A DNA stretch of 64,000 nt from an uncultured delta proteobacterium (GTDB lineage Bacteria > Desulfobacterota > Desulfomonilia > Desulfomonilales > Desulfomonilaceae). The notes below the pieces were generated by a model. The model was given only the letters and a program-made list of their open reading frames with translations. It ran no database searches and was not told the origin of the DNA. Made by a program: the position numbers and the translations under genes. The stretch covers positions 896,001 through 960,000 of the forward strand of contig CAWBKB010000001.1 in assembly GCA_963789265.1 (NCBI GenBank). Direction: 5' to 3'. Below, in pieces: positions 52,011 to 61,589 of this stretch. Position 1 is the first letter of the stretch; the number at the start of each line of letters is the position of its first letter.

Positions 52011-53025
52011 TGCTAACTCGATGCTCAGCCGGAATTTTCGGCTTCAGTTCTAGCTTTACCGTCACAGGCATTCCCTGTTGAAATCCGTGATTTCGGTCGC
52101 TTACAATCACGCGCAGCCGATAGACCAGATCGGTGCGCAGGTTAGTTGTCTCCACATTTTTCGGGGTGAACTCCGCTACAGGTGAGATGAAGCCGATCTG
52201 GCCGTGGTAAGGCTTTGCCGGTCGCGTGTCGGTATAGATTTCAGCGGGCATACCCGGATAAATTCGCCCCAGATCTTTCTCGGGCACATACGTTCGGATC
52301 CAAACCGGGGAGAGCAGTTGCAAGGTGTAGACAGTTTGCCCGGCTGCAACAATAGCGCCCGGCTCGCGTACTCGAGTGAGAATTATGCCGTCGGTTGGAG
52401 CCAGAATCTCCGTGTCCTGCAAATTGATCTCGGCTTGTTCGAGGCGGGCCTTTGCCGCATCCAGATTTGCTCGTGCTTCCTGAATATCTTCGTCGCGGAA
52501 ACCGGCTAGCTCGAGCGCCAGGTCGGCCTTAGAGAGTTGATCCTCAGCTTGCGCCGCGTCGCGGTCGGCCAAGGTGTCATCGAACTGCTGCTTGGAAATC
52601 GAGCCCGATTTCGCCAAACCCAGCCGGCGCTCGTATAGGCGCTGAGCATTTTTCAGCCGTACATCCTTTTCGTGAGCCGTGGCCCGTGCCCGTTCAATTT
52701 CTTCCGGTCGGTTGCCTCTTTCCATCTTTGCAAAAGTGGCCTGTATAGCATTCATCTGGGCCATGGAATTGCTGACATCCGCCTTGAAAGTGTCTTTATC
52801 CAGGATAGCGATAACCTGGCCTTGCTTCACCCGATCGCCTTCTTCGAATCTCATCTCCCGAATACGTCCGGCGACCCGAAATCCCAGGTCAACCTGACGG
52901 ATATCTACATTTCCGTAAATTACGAGTTCGTTGGACTTCTTGTGGCCCCAAGTGGCGTATCCGGCCCAACTCGCCACTCCCAACAGGAGCGCTCCTATGA
53001 TGAACAACGGCAATTTCTTATTCAT
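51985..53025 (-). CDS. ybhG: HlyD-family membrane fusion protein YbhG
   Basis: YGNVDIRQVDLGFRV, AEFTPKNVET, LRTDLVYR. Confidence 0.9.
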   Translation of the reverse strand: MNKKLPLFIIGALLLGVASWAGYATWGHKKSNELVIYGNVDIRQVDLGFRVAGRIREMRFEEGDRVKQGQVIAILDKDTFKADVSNSMAQMNAIQATFAKMERGNRPEEIERARATAHEKDVRLKNAQRLYERRLGLAKSGSISKQQFDDTLADRDAAQAEDQLSKADLALELAGFRDEDIQEARANLDAAKARLEQAEINLQDTEILAPTDGIILTRVREPGAIVAAGQTVYTLQLLSPVWIRTYVPEKDLGRIYPGMPAEIYTDTRPAKPYHGQIGFISPVAEFTPKNVETTNLRTDLVYRLRVIVSDRNHGFQQGMPVTVKLELKPKIPAEHRVSNDGRHRLN

Positions 53026-53027
53026 TC

Positions 53028-53744
53028 TTACGTCCCCTGTTCATGGCGGCCGTCATCCCAAGGTTCCGGCATACCAAGAATGGCACTCGCTTGTTTCACG
53101 ACTGCGATCCGCACACCATCTATTTCTTTCCGGGAATAACCTTCCCAATGCAGTGTGCGGATGATAGCTTCACACGATGTTCGAAATATGAGGACCTGCC
53201 CGACAATGGCAATTGCTCGCAGCATGACTTCAGGATCATTGGGCTGTCGATCCAGGATGCGAGCTGCCAGTGTCAAATTAATCTGAATAAGGGGTTGCAT
53301 CAGTCCTTCATAAATGATGTCAAAAGCTTTTGTCGGCTCCATTTGCTCCCGGAGTATGATCCCTGCCCAACTCTTGGCCTCCGGCACGCCGAGGATCGTC
53401 AAGACCATGATATTCAGGAGTCTGGATAACATGGCGAAACACTCGGGCTTGGAGCAGCTCGTCTTCTGCAATGCCTCATTGATTTCAGCTACGGCTGGAC
53501 GATATGCTGCGCTTGCCTGTTCGACAATGTGGCGGACCACCGCGTGGTAAAGTCCCTCTTTGCTTTTGAAGTGATACGGAATGGAGGCAAGATTTACACC
53601 CGCGCGGTCTGCCAACATGCGAGTGGTCGTGGCTTCAAAGTTATAGCGGCCAAAGACTTCCAGGCCGGTCCTGATAAGCTTTTCTCGTGTCCGCTCCCCG
53701 GTCATGCCCTTACGAGTTTCCTGTTCCAGTTTCCTCGGAGTCAT
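53028..53744 (-). CDS. cecR: TetR-family regulator CecR/YbiH-like
   Basis: TetR HTH (TTRMLADRAGVNLASIPYHFKSKEGLY); ILREQMEPT; upstream of ybhG. Confidence 0.8.
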   Translation of the reverse strand: MTPRKLEQETRKGMTGERTREKLIRTGLEVFGRYNFEATTTRMLADRAGVNLASIPYHFKSKEGLYHAVVRHIVEQASAAYRPAVAEINEALQKTSCSKPECFAMLSRLLNIMVLTILGVPEAKSWAGIILREQMEPTKAFDIIYEGLMQPLIQINLTLAARILDRQPNDPEVMLRAIAIVGQVLIFRTSCEAIIRTLHWEGYSRKEIDGVRIAVVKQASAILGMPEPWDDGRHEQGT

Positions 53745-54156
53745 GCTATCCCCTTTCCACTCAGTCGCTTAGGCTACTTTAATCATTCGTCTGAACAAGT
53801 CAATCGTATGAATTAATATTGTCCCCCACGGGAATGGGAGAAAACCCTCGCCTTCAGACGAAGACTTCAGGTACGTTACAACCGGGTCGAAGTGAGGCAC
53901 AAGATGCAAAGATGCGGTAGGATGCTGGTGAGTCCAGCGGCACGCGGGACGAACCGCATCGTTTGCGTTTTTTCTCGATTGATGCGGTTCTCCCGCGCAG
54001 AACGCGGGCTCACCGGCATCCTACGCCGATATCGACTCCGGTCCTTTGGCGGCAGCGACCGCCGGATTCATCCGGTGGAGCGAAAATGCCGCCGAAGCCA
54101 CCGCCTTCAGGCGGTGGAGCCTTCTCCCAACGACTTAAGGAAAGGAGGAAACCACA

Positions 54157-54546
54157 ATGTCCGATGATAGATACCAGCGAGGATGGGAAAAACTAAAAGA
54201 AGTTGACGGGGAAGCGGGCGAGCGAGTCATGGAGAGTCTTAAAGACATCGCGCCCGACTTGGCTCGATATATTATCGAATTTGCATTCGGGGACATGTAC
54301 AGCCGCCCGGCTCTGGACTTGAAGTCTCGAGAAATTGCAGTAGTAGCCTCGTTGACAGCGCTTGGCAACGCCAGGCCCCAACTGAAAGTTCACATTCACG
54401 GCGCTCTCAATGTTGGTTGCTCGCGCCAAGAAGTCATCGAAGTTATTATGCAAATGGCCGTGTACGCCGGATTCCCGGCAGCCTTGAACGGAATGTTCGC
54501 AGCCAAGGAAGTCTTTCAGGAGCGGGACGAGAAAGGACTGAGTTGA
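54157..54546 (+). CDS. Carboxymuconolactone decarboxylase family protein
   Basis: [39 protein letters not shown]. Confidence 0.88.
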   Translation: MSDDRYQRGWEKLKEVDGEAGERVMESLKDIAPDLARYIIEFAFGDMYSRPALDLKSREIAVVASLTALGNARPQLKVHIHGALNVGCSRQEVIEVIMQMAVYAGFPAALNGMFAAKEVFQERDEKGLS

Positions 54547-54653
54547 TCGGTCGTAAATAGTTTTCTTCGGGCGGTCCGATGTTTATAATCCCGACCGATC
54601 GACGTGACGGTCGTTTCGCTGCCATTCCCGCGCACACGGTCCAGCGTTTCGCG

Positions 54654-54833
54654 CACAGGCGTTAAGTTAACGATTTATTCCCCCCTTTCGTAAAGGGGGG
54701 CCAGGGGGGATTTTTGGATAATTCATTGAAAATCCCCCTAAATCCCCCTCTAGAAAAGGGGGACTTTGATCGCCCTCGCGGCCTGCATTCTCCTCTTGAA
54801 AAGGAACGAAATTGCCTTAAATTAACGCCTATG
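54654..54833. mobile_element. MITE with 17-bp TIR and 11-bp TSD (IS4-family-like ends)
   Basis: CACAGGCGTTAAGTTAA / TTAAATTAACGCCTATG; TSD AGCGTTTCGCG at 54643-54653 and 54834-54844. Confidence 0.85.
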
Positions 54834-55035
54834 AGCGTTTCGCGAGACAGTAGGACCGGCCTCCACGCGGGACGCGGGATCACCCCGGACTTCGATCCGG
54901 GCTATGTAGGGGCGGACCCGCGTGTCCGCCCGGGGCAGACACATGGGTCTGCCCCTACAGCGGTTGCCGGCGTACGTTGGCATGACGACATGTAGGGGCG
55001 GGATTGAAACCCGCGCCGTACCAGAAAGCACGGTG

Positions 55036-55614
55036 TCACCGGCCTGAAAGCGTATCGCTATCAGCTTTCCCCAATGCAAGCAGCGCCGATCTGCTCCTTG
55101 GAATCTCGGGCTTGCCAACAACCTTAAAGCCCGCGTCTGAGGCCATGGCAACAGTGCGTTGGAATTCCTCTTCGGATACACGCGCGTTGGGCTCCGAGAT
55201 AAGCAATTTGCCCGTGGGCTTCAGAACGCTCCTGATCTGAGAAAAGAGGCTGCCCGCGTCCGGGACCTCGTGGACAACGTATAATGCGAGACACAGGTCA
55301 ATGGGGTCGGAAATGCCTATGCTGGTCGGCTCGCACACCTTTGTGACGATTCGACCGGACACCCCGGCTTTGTCAGCTCGCCTGGTCAGAGCCTTGAGCA
55401 TCTTCTCTTGAACATCAACGGCTATTACTCTGCCGCTCTCACCGACCATACGGGCCACCGGGATTGTGAAAAAACCCATTCCCGGTCCCAATTCCAGGAC
55501 GGTCATCCCTTTGCTTACGTGTGGCGACAGGATCTTGTCAGGATTTTGCAACCAGCGACGTATTGGACTTACCAATAAGTATCCGATCCACCACGGACAC
55601 ACATGTTCTGCCAT
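55036..55614 (-). CDS. Class I SAM-dependent methyltransferase
   Basis: HVCPWW, VLELGPGMG, VVHEV, LKPTG. Confidence 0.85.
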   Translation of the reverse strand: MAEHVCPWWIGYLLVSPIRRWLQNPDKILSPHVSKGMTVLELGPGMGFFTIPVARMVGESGRVIAVDVQEKMLKALTRRADKAGVSGRIVTKVCEPTSIGISDPIDLCLALYVVHEVPDAGSLFSQIRSVLKPTGKLLISEPNARVSEEEFQRTVAMASDAGFKVVGKPEIPRSRSALLALGKADSDTLSGR

Positions 55615-55646
55615 GTCATGCTTCCTTAATAACAGTCTGCCCGGAC

Positions 55647-57572
55647 TCAGACCGGCTCAGCAGCGAGCCCGGCTTTGCCGCCATTGTCGGCACCCTTTGC
55701 GTAGCTACCCAAGATCTTAAGAAATTCTGTTTTTCCCTTCAACTCTTCAAGCAATGGTCGGTACTGCGGGTCCTGAATATCAACCTCTATGTCAGCATAA
55801 AAGAGATACTCCCAAGGTTTGCCGAAGATCGGACGGGATTCGAGTTTGACCAGATTGATCTGCCTCTCCGCCAGGACCTTCAAGGTTTCATATAGACTCC
55901 CCGGGCGATCGCTCACAGAGTAGATCAGAGAAGACTTGTTCTTGGCACCGTCAAGGAAGTCACTGGCAGAAATTACCACAAATCGGGAAAAGTTTCTGGG
56001 ACTCGTTTCAATCCCTTCCCGCAAGAGTGTCATGCCATAGAGCTTCGCAGCATCTTTTCCGGCAATGGCCGCCTCCTCCGGGTCGTTGTTTTCTTTTACA
56101 CGAAGAACCGCGGTTGCGGTGTCCTGACAAGCTACCAGATCCCAACCCGGGTAATCTTTGAGAAACTCCTTGCACTGCCTGAACACCTGGGGATGGGAAT
56201 AAACCCGTTTGATCTTATCGAGAGCTGTGTCGGAATGGCCCACGAGGTTGTGCTCTATACGCAACGTCATCTCGCCGACGATACGAAGGTCGTATTCCAG
56301 AAGTAGATCGTAGTTCTCGTGTATGCTTCCTGTAAGAGAATTCTCCACGGGCACGATGCCCAGTGTGGCGTCTCCATTCTGTACAGCCTCAAAGACCTCT
56401 CTGAACAAGGGACAATTCTGGTGAGGAACCTCGGCGCCGAAGAATTGCACGCATGCCTTGTGACTATGAGACCCGGGGACCCCTGCATAGACCACCTTAC
56501 TGGGCTGGGTTCCCGGTTCCAACGGCTTCGTCATTTTCTTTGCCTTTTCCAGGTAGTTGAAATCCAGTTGTTTCCCCACAACCGGCGCTATCACGTGGAG
56601 ATGGCGCATGAGCTGTTTGAATTGTTCCGGGTAAAGGCTCTGAGGCCCGTCGGAAAGTGCCTTGTCCGGCTCCGTATGGACCTCGATAATAAGACCGTCA
56701 GCCCCGGCCGCGATGGCAGCACGAGCCATCGGGCTGACCTTCTCGCGAATTCCCGTCGCATGGCTCGGGTCAATGATGATGGGCAGGTGCGTCAAGGACT
56801 TGATAACGGGGACAGCCGTGAGATCCAATGTGTTGCGCGTGAAGCCTTCAAAGGTCCGGATCCCGCGCTCGCACAAAATTACCTGGTCATTTCCCTCGGA
56901 TAAAATGTACTCCGCAGACATCAACCACTCTTCAATGGTTGCGGCGAGCCCCCGTTTTAGAAGAACCGGCTTGCCCATGCGCCCGACGCATTTCAGGAGC
57001 TCAAAATTTTGCATGTTTCGGGCCCCGACTTGAACCACGTCCACGTATTTGATCATCAGATCCGCCTGGCTCGGCGAAGTCATTTCCGTAACGATTCCCA
57101 ACCCGGTTTCGGATCGCACCTCGGCCAGGATCTTGAGCCCTTCCTCTCCCATGCCCTGGAAAGAATACGGTGAAGTTCTCGGCTTGAAAGCCCCGCCACG
57201 GAACAAGACGGCCCCGTGTTGGCGCACCGATCTGGCGATTTCTAGAGTGCGTGAGCGTTCTTCCACGGCGCATGGACCGGCAATGACAACCAGTCGATCT
57301 CCGCCGACGGCCACCGGCCCCACTCGGATCACTGAAGGCTCCGGGTGCAGCTCTCGGCCTACAAGCTTGTACGGTTTGGAAATGGGCACGACCTTTGTGA
57401 CGCCCGGAAGCGTTTCAAAGTAGCGCAAATCCTTGTGGTTTGTCCCGACGACGCCGAGAATGGTCTCCTCCACGCCTTTGATTTCCCTGACGAGATAGTC
57501 ATCGGAGACCAGAACTTGCTTTAGTCCCTCAATCTCGCCCTCTGTAATTCCTTTACGCAGAACCAAGATCAC
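55647..57572 (-). CDS. aroF-pheA: Class I-beta DAHP synthase fused to prephenate dehydratase + ACT domain
   Basis: IAGPCAVE, RGGAFKPRTSPYSFQG, GARNMQNF, CERGIRTF, DPSH; then PVENSLTG, SHPQ, NFSRF, LESRP; GTG start after AAGGAGGA. Confidence 0.92.
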   Translation of the reverse strand: MILVLRKGITEGEIEGLKQVLVSDDYLVREIKGVEETILGVVGTNHKDLRYFETLPGVTKVVPISKPYKLVGRELHPEPSVIRVGPVAVGGDRLVVIAGPCAVEERSRTLEIARSVRQHGAVLFRGGAFKPRTSPYSFQGMGEEGLKILAEVRSETGLGIVTEMTSPSQADLMIKYVDVVQVGARNMQNFELLKCVGRMGKPVLLKRGLAATIEEWLMSAEYILSEGNDQVILCERGIRTFEGFTRNTLDLTAVPVIKSLTHLPIIIDPSHATGIREKVSPMARAAIAAGADGLIIEVHTEPDKALSDGPQSLYPEQFKQLMRHLHVIAPVVGKQLDFNYLEKAKKMTKPLEPGTQPSKVVYAGVPGSHSHKACVQFFGAEVPHQNCPLFREVFEAVQNGDATLGIVPVENSLTGSIHENYDLLLEYDLRIVGEMTLRIEHNLVGHSDTALDKIKRVYSHPQVFRQCKEFLKDYPGWDLVACQDTATAVLRVKENNDPEEAAIAGKDAAKLYGMTLLREGIETSPRNFSRFVVISASDFLDGAKNKSSLIYSVSDRPGSLYETLKVLAERQINLVKLESRPIFGKPWEYLFYADIEVDIQDPQYRPLLEELKGKTEFLKILGSYAKGADNGGKAGLAAEPV

Positions 57573-57612
57573 GACGTCCTCCTTGTCTTTTGGCTTATGC
57601 TCGACACATAAC

Positions 57613-57640
57613 AAAAAACCCCAAGGAGTTATCCTCGGGG
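57613..57640 (-). terminator. Attenuator terminator
   Basis: CCCCGAGGA-TAAC-TCCTTGGGG followed by TTTTTT on the minus strand. Confidence 0.8.
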
Positions 57641-57702
57641 TCCCTTAATAAGAAACCCCGGGAGGATCTGCGATCCACCCGGGGTTTTCCGATTCGGTGG
57701 TC

Positions 57703-57810
57703 TTACCCAGGTGGATCCGGACTAAAGAAGCTAAAAAAGCTAAAAAAGGAGCCACCTTGGAATCTTGTCTCGGCTTCGTTTATGACTTCAATAATGATAG
57801 CTCGTATCAT
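57703..57810 (-). CDS. Phe-rich attenuator leader peptide (35 aa)
   Basis: AGGAG + ATG; MIRAIIIEVINEAETRFQGGSFFSFFSFFSPDPPG* (7 Phe); directly upstream of alternative hairpins and aroF-pheA. Confidence 0.85.
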   Translation of the reverse strand: MIRAIIIEVINEAETRFQGGSFFSFFSFFSPDPPG

Positions 57811-57834
57811 CACATACTCCTAATGCTGTATGAG

Positions 57835-57863
57835 AACCTATCCGACTTCGCTTCTCATGTCAA
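57835..57863 (-). promoter_or_regulatory. Sigma70-like promoter of the leader/aroF-pheA unit
   Basis: TTGACA-17 nt-TAGGTT. Confidence 0.5.
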
Positions 57864-57882
57864 TATAATTCCGCGGCTGGAG

Positions 57883-58004
57883 ATAACCATTCAGTCTTGT
57901 GGGGCAGGCTTTCCAGCCTGCCGAAAAAACCCCTGTTCAATGGCGGGCTAGAAAGCCCACCCCACGAAACCACCAGCAAATTCCGGCTGTAACTGAATGC
58001 ATAC
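57883..58004. mobile_element. 122-bp MITE with 8-bp TSD
   Basis: Ends ATAACCATTCAG / CTGAATGCATAC; TSD GGCTGGAG at 57875-57882 and 58005-58012; inverted copy of 29902-30234 without the nested insert. Confidence 0.85.
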
Positions 58005-58240
58005 GGCTGGAGGTAGTCACTCAATTACTTGGGGAAACAACCGGAACTTCGTCATTGTGAGGAGTGAAATCACAAGGTAATGCTATTAGTAGGATCGGCA
58101 TCCTGCCGGTCATGCGTGACGAAAACAAGGCTAATCGTCGACCTCAAATAAAAGATTTCAAGCCTAGGCAAGGTTTGCGTGACAATTTCCCGAGAATCAT
58201 GGTATAGTCGCAAAAAAGTAAAAATTCACTGGGATGAATA

Positions 58241-60886
58241 ATGAAAGCTAAGAAGCCACCGGGCACTGGTGACTTTGAAGGAACCCAGTCGATCTCCATC
58301 GACTTTGAAACACTTCTCACCGAGGATTTGAGCTCGTCGGGCAGCTTTTATGTCCATGGGATCCAGACAACATCGCTTGGTAGGTTATTGCAAGCCCTAC
58401 CGATCCCTGCCCTTTTGATTGATAGGCGGTACCGCATAATTTTTGCAAATCAGGCTTGTGCGAGGATTAGCCGAGCATACGAAAAGGCGATCGGAGGGGC
58501 GATTTCCGCACTGGGGGCCGATCCCGATACAGCGCGAGAAATCCAAGTTATCGCAGAAGAGGTTCTGTCAACCAGAAAACCTCAGATTCATCAGGCAATG
58601 CTTGGAATCGAGAAAGGCAGAATCTGGGGCCGGATGTACTTTCGATCTCTCCGGATTGCTGAGGAGAGATTAATACTTCTCCTCGTTGAAGATCTAAGCC
58701 TGGAAAAGACACAACTTGCTCTGAGCCAAAGGCGCAGGGATCAGTTGGTGAGAGAAATTGCAGAGCGAAAGTTAGCGGAAAAGGCTCTAAAACAAACCGA
58801 AACGCTGTTAAGAAGCATATTGGCCACGTCTCCCATTGGGATAGGCGTGACTGAAGATAGGATCATGAAATGGGCAAATGAAGCCTGGTATGAAATGTTC
58901 GGATTCGAAAGCGAAGACGAAGTGGTGGGACAGAGCGCCAGAATTGTCTATCCGTCCGATGCAGAGTATGAGCGGGTTGGGGAACTACTCTATCAAAGCT
59001 TGCATACCGGACAGGTCACCTCCGTGGATACAACCTTCAGACGAAAAGACGGATCTCTTTTTGACGGTCACATAAGGATGAAGTCCTTTGACTCTCCCAA
59101 TCGCGCTCAGACTACGGTTGCAGCTATTTCCGACATTTCGGAAAGAAAGCGTGCCGAACAATCGCTCAAGGAGAGCGAAGAAAGGTTCCGTGCGGTTGTT
59201 GAAGATCAGACCGAATTGATCTGCCGGTTGTCGCCCGATCAAAAGTTCCAATTTGTAAATACGGCTTTCTGCCGCTATTTCGATCTCGGGCATGACGACT
59301 TGGTTGAGAGGGGTTTGATGTCGCTTGTCCCAAATAAATGTCGCGAGGAGGTAGAAAGCCATTTTGCGTCCCTGAATCGGGAAAACCCGGTCTCCTCGTA
59401 TGAGATTCAGATTCCAACGCCCGGCGGGGAACGTCGCAGGTTGAAGTGGATAAGCAGGGCATTGTTTGACAACCAGGGAGAATTAACCGGGTTCCAATTT
59501 GTGGGGCACGACATCACCGATCAAAGGAGGGCCGAGGAGGCTCTTCGCCAAAGCGAAGGACGGTTCAGGGCAATCTTTGAAGGAGCAGAAGACTATATTT
59601 TTCTGAAGGATCGCTCATTGCGATACATTGATGTTAATCCCGCGGCAGAAAAGCTTCTCGGCCTCCCGGCCTCTCAAATCGTTGGTTCGACATACAAAGA
59701 CCTATTCAGTGATGAAGATGCAGCCTACCTCAGAGAAGCAGACATGCGGGTGCTACAGGGGGACACCGTACAGGAAGAGCATACCATCAAGATTAATGGA
59801 ATTCCCACTTCCTTGCTTGAAATGAGAGTCCCACTCAGGAACGAAACGGGTGAAATCGTGGGTGTTATCACCATAGCCCACGACATTACCGACCGCAAGA
59901 GGGCGGAAGTTTCTTCTGAACCGACAGGAGAATATCCGTCAAAGGCCATGAAAGAGACGCTAAAGAGTGCGCTTTTGGCCGCGAAGCGAAATGCCACTGT
60001 TTTGCTGACCGGCGAAAGCGGAAGTGGAAAAGATTATCTTGCGCAGTACATACATAACCACTCCGATCGTGCAAGCGGCCCATATTTTGCCGTCAATTGT
60101 GCTGCAATAGTTCCCCAACTTGCTGAATCCGAACTCTTCGGTCACGAAAAGGGCTCGTTTACCGGGGCAGTCGGTCGAAAACGAGGCCTTTTGGAATTGG
60201 CGGAAGGCGGAACGCTCCTACTGAACGAGATCGGAGAACTTTCACTCCCCTTGCAGGCAAAGCTGCTGACGTTCCTGGACACTCGAAGATTTACCCGTGT
60301 GGGAGGTGAGAAAGAAATTACGGTCAATGCCAGGCTTATTGCAGCGACGAATAGGAACCTGGCGAAAGAAGTTGAAGCCAGACGGTTCAGGCAGGATCTA
60401 TTCTTCAGAATCAATGTAATGTCTATCGAGGTCCCGCCACTCCGGGAAAGGCTGAAAGACATACCAGTGCTTATCCGCGAGATCCTGTCCAGGCTTCGTA
60501 GTGAGCTTCAGATTCATGAGGTCCCGGCCATTTCCTCTTCAGCCGTGCATGCGCTCAAAAGATATCACTGGCCCGGCAACGTGAGGGAACTGCGTAACGT
60601 CCTGGAAAGGGCCCTAATACTCTCACACGGAAAAGAACTGAATCTGGCTGCTTTGGGACTTCATGATGTCCGGGATTCGCTCCCTGAGCATGAAAAGACA
60701 TCCTTCGCGGTGTCGTTCCCTTGCCGTCAGTCGCTGAACGAAATTACTCAGGATTTGAAGCGGTTTCCAGTGAATGAGGCGCTGCGCCTGACCGGGGGCA
60801 GCAGGCAAGATGCAGCCCGGCTCCTGGGGATTTCCCGTTATTCACTCAAGCATTATATGAAAACACTTGGTTACAATGGGGAGTGA
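58241..60886 (+). CDS. Multi-PAS sigma54-dependent enhancer-binding protein
   Basis: PAS/PAC repeats (DISERK, DITDQR, DITDRK); GESGSGKD, ESELFGHEKGSFTGA, WPGNVREL; Fis-type HTH. Confidence 0.9.
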   Translation: MKAKKPPGTGDFEGTQSISIDFETLLTEDLSSSGSFYVHGIQTTSLGRLLQALPIPALLIDRRYRIIFANQACARISRAYEKAIGGAISALGADPDTAREIQVIAEEVLSTRKPQIHQAMLGIEKGRIWGRMYFRSLRIAEERLILLLVEDLSLEKTQLALSQRRRDQLVREIAERKLAEKALKQTETLLRSILATSPIGIGVTEDRIMKWANEAWYEMFGFESEDEVVGQSARIVYPSDAEYERVGELLYQSLHTGQVTSVDTTFRRKDGSLFDGHIRMKSFDSPNRAQTTVAAISDISERKRAEQSLKESEERFRAVVEDQTELICRLSPDQKFQFVNTAFCRYFDLGHDDLVERGLMSLVPNKCREEVESHFASLNRENPVSSYEIQIPTPGGERRRLKWISRALFDNQGELTGFQFVGHDITDQRRAEEALRQSEGRFRAIFEGAEDYIFLKDRSLRYIDVNPAAEKLLGLPASQIVGSTYKDLFSDEDAAYLREADMRVLQGDTVQEEHTIKINGIPTSLLEMRVPLRNETGEIVGVITIAHDITDRKRAEVSSEPTGEYPSKAMKETLKSALLAAKRNATVLLTGESGSGKDYLAQYIHNHSDRASGPYFAVNCAAIVPQLAESELFGHEKGSFTGAVGRKRGLLELAEGGTLLLNEIGELSLPLQAKLLTFLDTRRFTRVGGEKEITVNARLIAATNRNLAKEVEARRFRQDLFFRINVMSIEVPPLRERLKDIPVLIREILSRLRSELQIHEVPAISSSAVHALKRYHWPGNVRELRNVLERALILSHGKELNLAALGLHDVRDSLPEHEKTSFAVSFPCRQSLNEITQDLKRFPVNEALRLTGGSRQDAARLLGISRYSLKHYMKTLGYNGE

Positions 60887-60969
60887 TCTTCGTGCGGTTC
60901 CGCAAATGAATCATGCATTCGGGAAGAGACGGGCGGAATTGCTATCCCGCCCATCCATGCGGAGCCTCG

Positions 60970-61440
60970 TTATTGGCAACGGAACATCGGGTCAGGCATC
61001 TGTTTGCCCCACTGCGCCTCGGAGGGCTTCTTGGCGCCCGACTCACAGGCATTTGCAAAAGCTCGCGGCTCTTCTTTGTTTACCGCGGGATGGCTCTGCT
61101 CAAACATTGCATGAGGATTGGATCCTGCCCTGGTATGGGCGTCCGCGGGGCACGGGTAATCCAAACCCGGCTGATGAGGAGGGTCGCCAAACGGGTCAGG
61201 CATGGCCATTCCGCACTGTTCTTCAGACAGTTTCTTTGCACCCGATTCTATCGGATTGGCAAATGCCGCAGGTTCTTCTTTGTTTACAGCGGGATGGCTC
61301 TGCTCAAATGTTGCATGGGGATTAGATCCCATTCTGTTGTGAACATCCGCAGCTTCGGACCTGCGCTCGAAATTCATCTCCTCTTTTCTTTCCAGGCCAA
61401 ATTTTCCGGTTATGCTATCTATGATATCTCTGAAGCTCAT
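60970..61440 (-). CDS. Hydrophilic hypothetical protein with a 68-aa-period internal duplication
   Basis: Two copies of GSNPHAxFEQSHPAVNKEEPxAFANxxESGAKKxSExQxGxxMPDP, 204 nt apart; RBS GAAGGAGA. Confidence 0.65.
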   Translation of the reverse strand: MSFRDIIDSITGKFGLERKEEMNFERRSEAADVHNRMGSNPHATFEQSHPAVNKEEPAAFANPIESGAKKLSEEQCGMAMPDPFGDPPHQPGLDYPCPADAHTRAGSNPHAMFEQSHPAVNKEEPRAFANACESGAKKPSEAQWGKQMPDPMFRCQ

Positions 61441-61512
61441 AACAATTTCTCCTTCTAGCAACTGTATTCAGGATCGGACGGAAGTCTCACCTTGTTCGAA
61501 ATTCTCCTTACC

Positions 61513-61528
61513 AGCTATCTGGTTGCCA
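61513..61528 (-). promoter_or_regulatory. Possible sigma54 -24/-12 promoter
   Basis: TGGCAACCAGATAGCT (GG-N10-GC). Confidence 0.4.
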
Positions 61529-61589
61529 CGTACTTAGTCACCCGAACGCTCAATTGCAAGAACAGGATTGCAAAAAAAACCTCACATTG

